Assembly: GCA_965204345.1 (NCBI GenBank)
Contig: OZ241981.1
Location: 1,600,001 to 1,664,000 of the forward strand
Source of the DNA: Nitrosopumilus sp.
GTDB taxonomy: Archaea > Thermoproteota > Nitrososphaeria > Nitrososphaerales > Nitrosopumilaceae
Reading direction: 5' to 3'
Length of the DNA: 64,000 nucleotides
Under the pieces are notes generated by a model. It searched no databases. It was not told where the DNA came from and saw only the letters and a list, made by a program, of their open reading frames with translations. Made by a program: the position numbers and the translations under genes. Positions within the stretch are counted from its first letter, which is position 1. The number at the start of each line of letters is the position of its first letter. Below, one piece after another: positions 59,628-64,000 of this stretch.

Positions 59628-60282
59628 ATTTTTTCTTAACCTCTTGCGCCTGTTTTACCGGCTTGCCCATTGTAGTTTTAATCAGGATCTTTTTCATGTT
59701 CTTCTCGCCGTTTGGAAGTTTCTTCTCAATTGCGCTTAGAACCGCATGTGCATTAATTGCCAAATCCGAATCCTCCATTGTCACATCCCCTATTTTAGAT
59801 GAGACTGACAGTGATGCCCTTGTCCTTACCTTGATGCATGATCTAAATCTTTCCAAGAATGCTTCAATGGATGCATCAAAAGGAACCGGCGTTGGCATTT
59901 TTCCTCTTGGGCCTAAAAGCTGGCCCAGTGTCTTACCTACAGTTGGCATTACCTTTGTATCTGCCAAAAAAAAGTCATACTTGTTAATGAATTTTCGAGA
60001 TTCTCTCTTGTTAGTGCCAAATTTTTCTAATTCTTCTGTTCCAATCACCGAGTCTGCCTTGGCCGCTTTTGCCTTTTGATTCATGTCTCCCGTAGCTATG
60101 ATACAGACAGTTGCCGGAGAGCTAGTCTTTGGCAGCTGAACAACCTCGTTTAGGGCAAATCCCTTCTTGACATCAATGTCCTTGAAGGTAATGATCAACT
60201 CTATGGACTGTTTGAATTTTCTCTCCTTTGTTGCAGCTTTTGCCTCCTTTATCATTTCAGTAAGCTGAGTCTCTGTAATCAT
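59620..60282 (-). CDS. rpl1: Ribosomal protein L1
   Basis: RKFKQSIELII, LGPRGKMPTP, KTTMGKPV. Confidence 0.95.
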   Translation of the reverse strand: MITETQLTEMIKEAKAATKERKFKQSIELIITFKDIDVKKGFALNEVVQLPKTSSPATVCIIATGDMNQKAKAAKADSVIGTEELEKFGTNKRESRKFINKYDFFLADTKVMPTVGKTLGQLLGPRGKMPTPVPFDASIEAFLERFRSCIKVRTRASLSVSSKIGDVTMEDSDLAINAHAVLSAIEKKLPNGEKNMKKILIKTTMGKPVKQAQEVKKKYA

Positions 60283-60448
60283 TACGACCACTTTCTAGAA
60301 AACCTACTTAAAATCGTTTAGAGATTGAGTTTTTTGATGACCCCTTATTTTTAAAAAATTACATATTTTCAACAAAATAGTTATAATTCCAAGTAAAATT
60401 TGGCTAAAAACTACATATATTAAATCATAACCAGATTTTTTCAGTACG

Positions 60449-60904
60449 TTGCATCGATTTGATGAATTAGATATGAAATTACTCTATGAGCTAACCACTG
60501 ACGGTTCCATATCTGTCCCACACCTATCCAAAAAATTAGGAATTAATGCCTCTGTACTGTATAGCAGAATCAAGCGATTAATGAAGAAGAAACTCATCAA
60601 AAAATTCACTATTGAGATTGATGATTCGCTTTTGGGGATAGGGGTCAAGGCTTCAGTCGGCATTAATCGGGATCCAAAGTTTAAAGATACTATCCATAAG
60701 AAATTCATGGAAACAGCAGAAGTCGTCTCAATATCTGAGGTGACTGGCAGGTTTGACATCATGATTCAGGTCTATACAAAGGATCTTGAATCCCTCCATT
60801 CGGTGGTAATTGAAAAAATAGGCAAAATTGAGGGCATTCAAAACACCGAAACCTTTGTAGAATTACAAAAGACCGATAAAGATCCTGTTTATCTGATTCA
60901 GTAA
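60449..60904 (+). CDS. Lrp/AsnC transcriptional regulator
   Basis: DELDMKLLYEL..DG, HTH, EVTGRFDI. Confidence 0.9.
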   Translation: MHRFDELDMKLLYELTTDGSISVPHLSKKLGINASVLYSRIKRLMKKKLIKKFTIEIDDSLLGIGVKASVGINRDPKFKDTIHKKFMETAEVVSISEVTGRFDIMIQVYTKDLESLHSVVIEKIGKIEGIQNTETFVELQKTDKDPVYLIQ

Positions 60905-61387
60905 CTATTGTTGTAATTTTTCATCCCATTTGCCTTCATTGATTTCGGCAGTAATTTCTTTTGGAGTTTTTCCCTCTATTTTTACTCCCAATGCCCCACA
61001 TGTGCCAATGATTGTTTTTGCAACTGGTTTTAATGAAGAGGCATAAGATTTCTCTAATTTCGTATTTGCCACTTTGACAATCGAATCCATTGTGACATCT
61101 CCTGCCCACTCTGTGCCTGCCGCTCCCGAACCTTTCTGGATTCCTGCTTCTTTCATAATTAGTGCCGCAGCCGAGGGAATGCCGATTTCAATTTCATATT
61201 TTTTTGTCTCAGAATCGACAATTACCGTTACTGGAACCTTCATTCCTTCAAAGTCCTTTGTTTTGTCATTAATGGATTTAATGACTTCCATGATGTTTAC
61301 TCCTAGGGGGCCTAGTGCTGGGCCCAATGGCGGGCCTGCTGATGCTGCCCCTCCTGTTACAAGTGATGATACTTTTTGTTCTCCCAT
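60905..61387 (-). CDS. rpl11: Ribosomal protein L11
   Basis: GGAASAGPPLGPALGPLG, GMKVPV. Confidence 0.96.
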   Translation of the reverse strand: MGEQKVSSLVTGGAASAGPPLGPALGPLGVNIMEVIKSINDKTKDFEGMKVPVTVIVDSETKKYEIEIGIPSAAALIMKEAGIQKGSGAAGTEWAGDVTMDSIVKVANTKLEKSYASSLKPVAKTIIGTCGALGVKIEGKTPKEITAEINEGKWDEKLQQ

Positions 61388-61422
61388 GTTAAATCAGACT
61401 CAATTAGAAAATTTAATCCTTC

Positions 61423-61887
61423 CTAAGAGGAAGTCTCACTGGATAGTTTTAGATAGTTTGCATCCACTGTGACTGGCAGCTGATATGACGCATCCAACAA
61501 AACTACTGTTGCCTCTTCCTTGTCTGTGTCAATTCTTGTAATTGTTGCCTTCATTCCTTTAAATGGACCGCCTGTAATTTCCACTATGTCATCTACTGTT
61601 AATTGTGAAACTGTTGATTTCTTAACCAGGTATCCCTCGATGTCTTTGAACTCCAGCTCTCCTCTTAGCTGGCCCCTGATGTGTCTGACACCTTCAACTG
61701 CCATGTATGCATCGCTGGGATTAATCGCCTCAATGACAACATATCCCTTCAAATCACTTACCCAAAATACTGACTGAATGTTAATTTCACTTGCGTTAGC
61801 CTTTGCTTCTAATAGTCTCATTACCACTTTTTCTTGTCCTCCTGTGGTCCTAATTGCAAATAAGTGTGATTTAATCTCCTCTGACAA
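61423..61887 (-). CDS. spt5: Transcription elongation factor Spt5
   Basis: RTTGGQE, KGYVVIEA, KOW VEITGGPFKG. Confidence 0.95.
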   Translation of the reverse strand: MSEEIKSHLFAIRTTGGQEKVVMRLLEAKANASEINIQSVFWVSDLKGYVVIEAINPSDAYMAVEGVRHIRGQLRGELEFKDIEGYLVKKSTVSQLTVDDIVEITGGPFKGMKATITRIDTDKEEATVVLLDASYQLPVTVDANYLKLSSETSS

Positions 61888-61889
61888 TT

Positions 61890-62063
61890 TTATCCACCAA
61901 ATGTAATTACCGAAAAGACAAACTGTATGGTAAAACCAATAGCTCCCACTCCTGCAATTCCTAATAATACAAGTCTGAGATGTTGCTGATATTCATCTTT
62001 GTCTGGTTTCTTGGCCATTTTCATGGTATTGGCCATATTCTTCAGAGTCTGCTTGGGGTTCAT
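61890..62063 (-). CDS. secE: Protein translocase SecE/Sec61-gamma (absent from ORF track)
   Basis: MNPKQTLKNMANTMKMAKKPDKDEYQQHLRLVLLGIAGVGAIGFTIQFVFSVITFGG*, directly upstream of spt5. Confidence 0.9.
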   Translation of the reverse strand: MNPKQTLKNMANTMKMAKKPDKDEYQQHLRLVLLGIAGVGAIGFTIQFVFSVITFGG

Positions 62064-62301
62064 TGCTGAAAATTAATAAGGTGTCCTTATATCTCTTGTT
62101 TCATATTAGCCGTGTTTTGATATTTCTAGGCTTGTCTGTATGGGTACCGTACAAAGTACCGTATGGATTTCTATCTGAGTCACAATTTGAAGATCATTCT
62201 CTTAAAATTTTTATTCATGTCTTGATCCCTTGATTGTAAAAGTTACACAAACAAGAACAAAATCATAAATAGTTATACGACGTCATAAAATTGAGACAAT
62301 C

Positions 62302-62433
62302 ATGACTGAAGAAATGGATTTTACTACTGCTCCTTGTATTTGGACAGAGAGAGATGCTGAATATGTAGCTGATTATGAAATTCATCAAGAACTAGGTTTA
62401 AAAAATGTCAAGACTTTAGGAATCAAAGAATAA
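62302..62433 (+). CDS. Possible 43-aa protein
   Basis: MTEEMDFTTAPCIWTERDAEYVADYEIHQELGLKNVKTLGIKE*; AT-rich box upstream. Confidence 0.35.
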   Translation: MTEEMDFTTAPCIWTERDAEYVADYEIHQELGLKNVKTLGIKE

Positions 62434-62704
62434 TAATTATTTTTTAGAGCATGACTAGATGACCTTGTAAACATGCACCAAGGTTCAACAGAAAAGTTAT
62501 CAATCTAAAAACCAATTTGCATCTTACAGAATTAGAAGACTGTGTAAATGCATTGCAGATCAGCATGATCCTTTTGTATTGAGAATATTACAACTTGCAA
62601 AGAAATCGTAAACAAAAAAATTGTTCTTTACATCCTACGGATGGCATATTGTCTTTAGATTTGAACATCAAGAGATTATTTTCATAATGTTCTATAATAA
62701 TTCT

Positions 62705-62822
62705 GATAACCCCAAGTCATAATGTGGCAAAATTTCTTTCAAAAGAAATGACTTTGAAGGATAATGATATTTTTCATGGAGATTTTTATGATCTTGCAAT
62801 AATTCCAACTTCTGCAATTTCA
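62705..62822 (+). repeat. Degenerate duplicate of the dtdA 5' region (63852-63971)
   Basis: Shared tggcaaaatttctttcaaaaga, ttttcatgg.gatttttatgatcttgcaataatt, ctgcaatttca. Confidence 0.9.
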
Positions 62823-62872
62823 CTTATGATTCATGAGAATCATTAAAATAATATTTCCTACTTTCCAAGATA

Positions 62873-63607
62873 TTGAAGTATTTATTCACAATTTTACTGT
62901 TATCTGGAATTTTTACAGTTTCACCAGTGTTTGCAGACGTTGAAATCGATATTGGTTTAGGTTCTGGAATTCCCGGATGTGATGATACAAATGAATGCTA
63001 TATCCCATACCACGCTTTAGTTTCTGCAGGTGATGAGATTACTTGGTCAAATGATGATTCGGTAGCCCACACTGTCACAAGCGGAACACCCGCAGCTGGT
63101 CCTGATGGTAAATTTGATAGCAGCTTGTTTGTTACAGGAAGTACATATTCTGTCACTCTTTATGAATCTGGAGAATATCCTTACTATTGTATAGTTCATC
63201 CTTGGATGACTGCAAAAGTAATTGTTGATAGTGTTGATTTTGAGTCATCTGAGATTGATGTATCAGGATTAGATGAGCGAGAAGTCATGGAACCAAAAGT
63301 TGGAGAATGTGGAGCAGGAACAGATCTTGTTGATGGAATATGTGTGGTTGTAGATAATTCTGAGGTAGGAGATTATTTGATTACAACAGATGATCCCAAA
63401 GATGAAGAAATTCAAGAATTGAAAAATAATATTCATGGTCTAAAAGCAGAAATTACAGAGAAAGATGAAGAGATTAACTCTTTGAAAGCATTGATTGTAA
63501 CACTTGAAGATGAAATCAACACATTAAAAGATAAAGCAGTAGACGATCTAGCTATTATTTTGGAACAATTGAAAATCCTCAATGAGTTATGGCAAACTAA
63601 AAAATAA
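62873..63607 (+). CDS. Cupredoxin (plastocyanin/azurin-like blue copper protein) with C-terminal coiled coil
   Basis: Signal peptide; AHTVT and YYCIVHPWM type-1 Cu ligands; heptad-rich tail. Confidence 0.9.
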   Translation: MKYLFTILLLSGIFTVSPVFADVEIDIGLGSGIPGCDDTNECYIPYHALVSAGDEITWSNDDSVAHTVTSGTPAAGPDGKFDSSLFVTGSTYSVTLYESGEYPYYCIVHPWMTAKVIVDSVDFESSEIDVSGLDEREVMEPKVGECGAGTDLVDGICVVVDNSEVGDYLITTDDPKDEEIQELKNNIHGLKAEITEKDEEINSLKALIVTLEDEINTLKDKAVDDLAIILEQLKILNELWQTKK

Positions 63608-63827
63608 TTCCTTGGTAAGTAAATCATGTAATCTTCTTTATGATAGATGAGTTTTTATCCGAATTTGCACCTTAGGTGCTTGTTGTTGCAGTAGTTGTAG
63701 TTTTGGCATGATATCTGGCCTAGATTGTTTCCCCCCTAAAACATCTTTATTTTTTTTAAATTATGATTTTCCTCTATGAGAATATCTATTATGACACGTT
63801 TATTGCATACCCAATATCTCTTATCTC

Positions 63828-64000
63828 ATGGAACTACTAGTTGCATATCAAGATGACCCCGCAGGCCATAACATGGCAAAATTTCTTTCAAAAGAGATGA
63901 CTATGAAGGATGATGGCACTTTTCATGGGGATTTTTATGATCTTGCAATAATTTCGACTCCTGCAATTTCAGCTGACTGGCTGGAGGAAAAATATGATTA
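63828..64000 (+). CDS. dtdA: D-aminoacyl-tRNA deacylase, archaeal type (3'-truncated by window edge)
   Basis: MELLVAYQDDPAGHNMAKFLSKEM...AISADWLEEKYD; the D-P-A-x-x-N start fits DtdA; only 57 codons visible. Confidence 0.7.
   Translation, partial: MELLVAYQDDPAGHNMAKFLSKEMTMKDDGTFHGDFYDLAIISTPAISADWLEEKYD

Noticed and set aside
57825-60282. rpl12 opposite in orientation to rpl1-rpl10
   Set aside because: Probably the lineage-typical arrangement; no sign of a recent inversion

Overview
Chromosomal window of an ammonia-oxidising archaeon (Nitrososphaerota, Nitrosopumilus-like). The assignment rests on a fused RpoA'A'', PEFG-CTERM and CFI-box-CTERM surface proteins, a cupredoxin and an intron-containing tRNA-Gln. 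The core backbone holds ZIP/CDF transporters, surface proteins, a Grs-like B12 radical SAM enzyme, larB-mdh-larC-larE-iscS, rpoH-B-A, lsm, rpl30e-nusA-rps12-rps7, leuS, alaS, rpl12, rpl10-rpl1, rpl11-spt5-secE and the start of dtdA. Four accessory patches interrupt it. (1) A ~6 kb island sits in the last codons of rpoA, with the displaced end LYMQASRKK* still readable at 30531-30560; it carries surface proteins, a CARF-like/wHTH regulator facing a PIN-nuclease unit across a palindrome, and a PD-(D/E)XK nuclease. (2) A patch at ~36.8-38.8 kb has a short dispersed repeat and a frameshifted secreted protein. (3) An AT-rich block between alaS and rpl12 has a UvrD-nuclease fusion converging on a co-oriented cassette: SWIM/KOW/Zn-ribbon protein, two paralogous ParB/Srx-fold proteins, SNF2 ATPase, DUF3883 nuclease, DNA methyltransferase and a decayed PmeII-like endonuclease. 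This is the best candidate for an undescribed defence system. (4) A cupredoxin gene lies between two copies of the dtdA 5' end. All calls come from motif recognition by eye; no searches were run.
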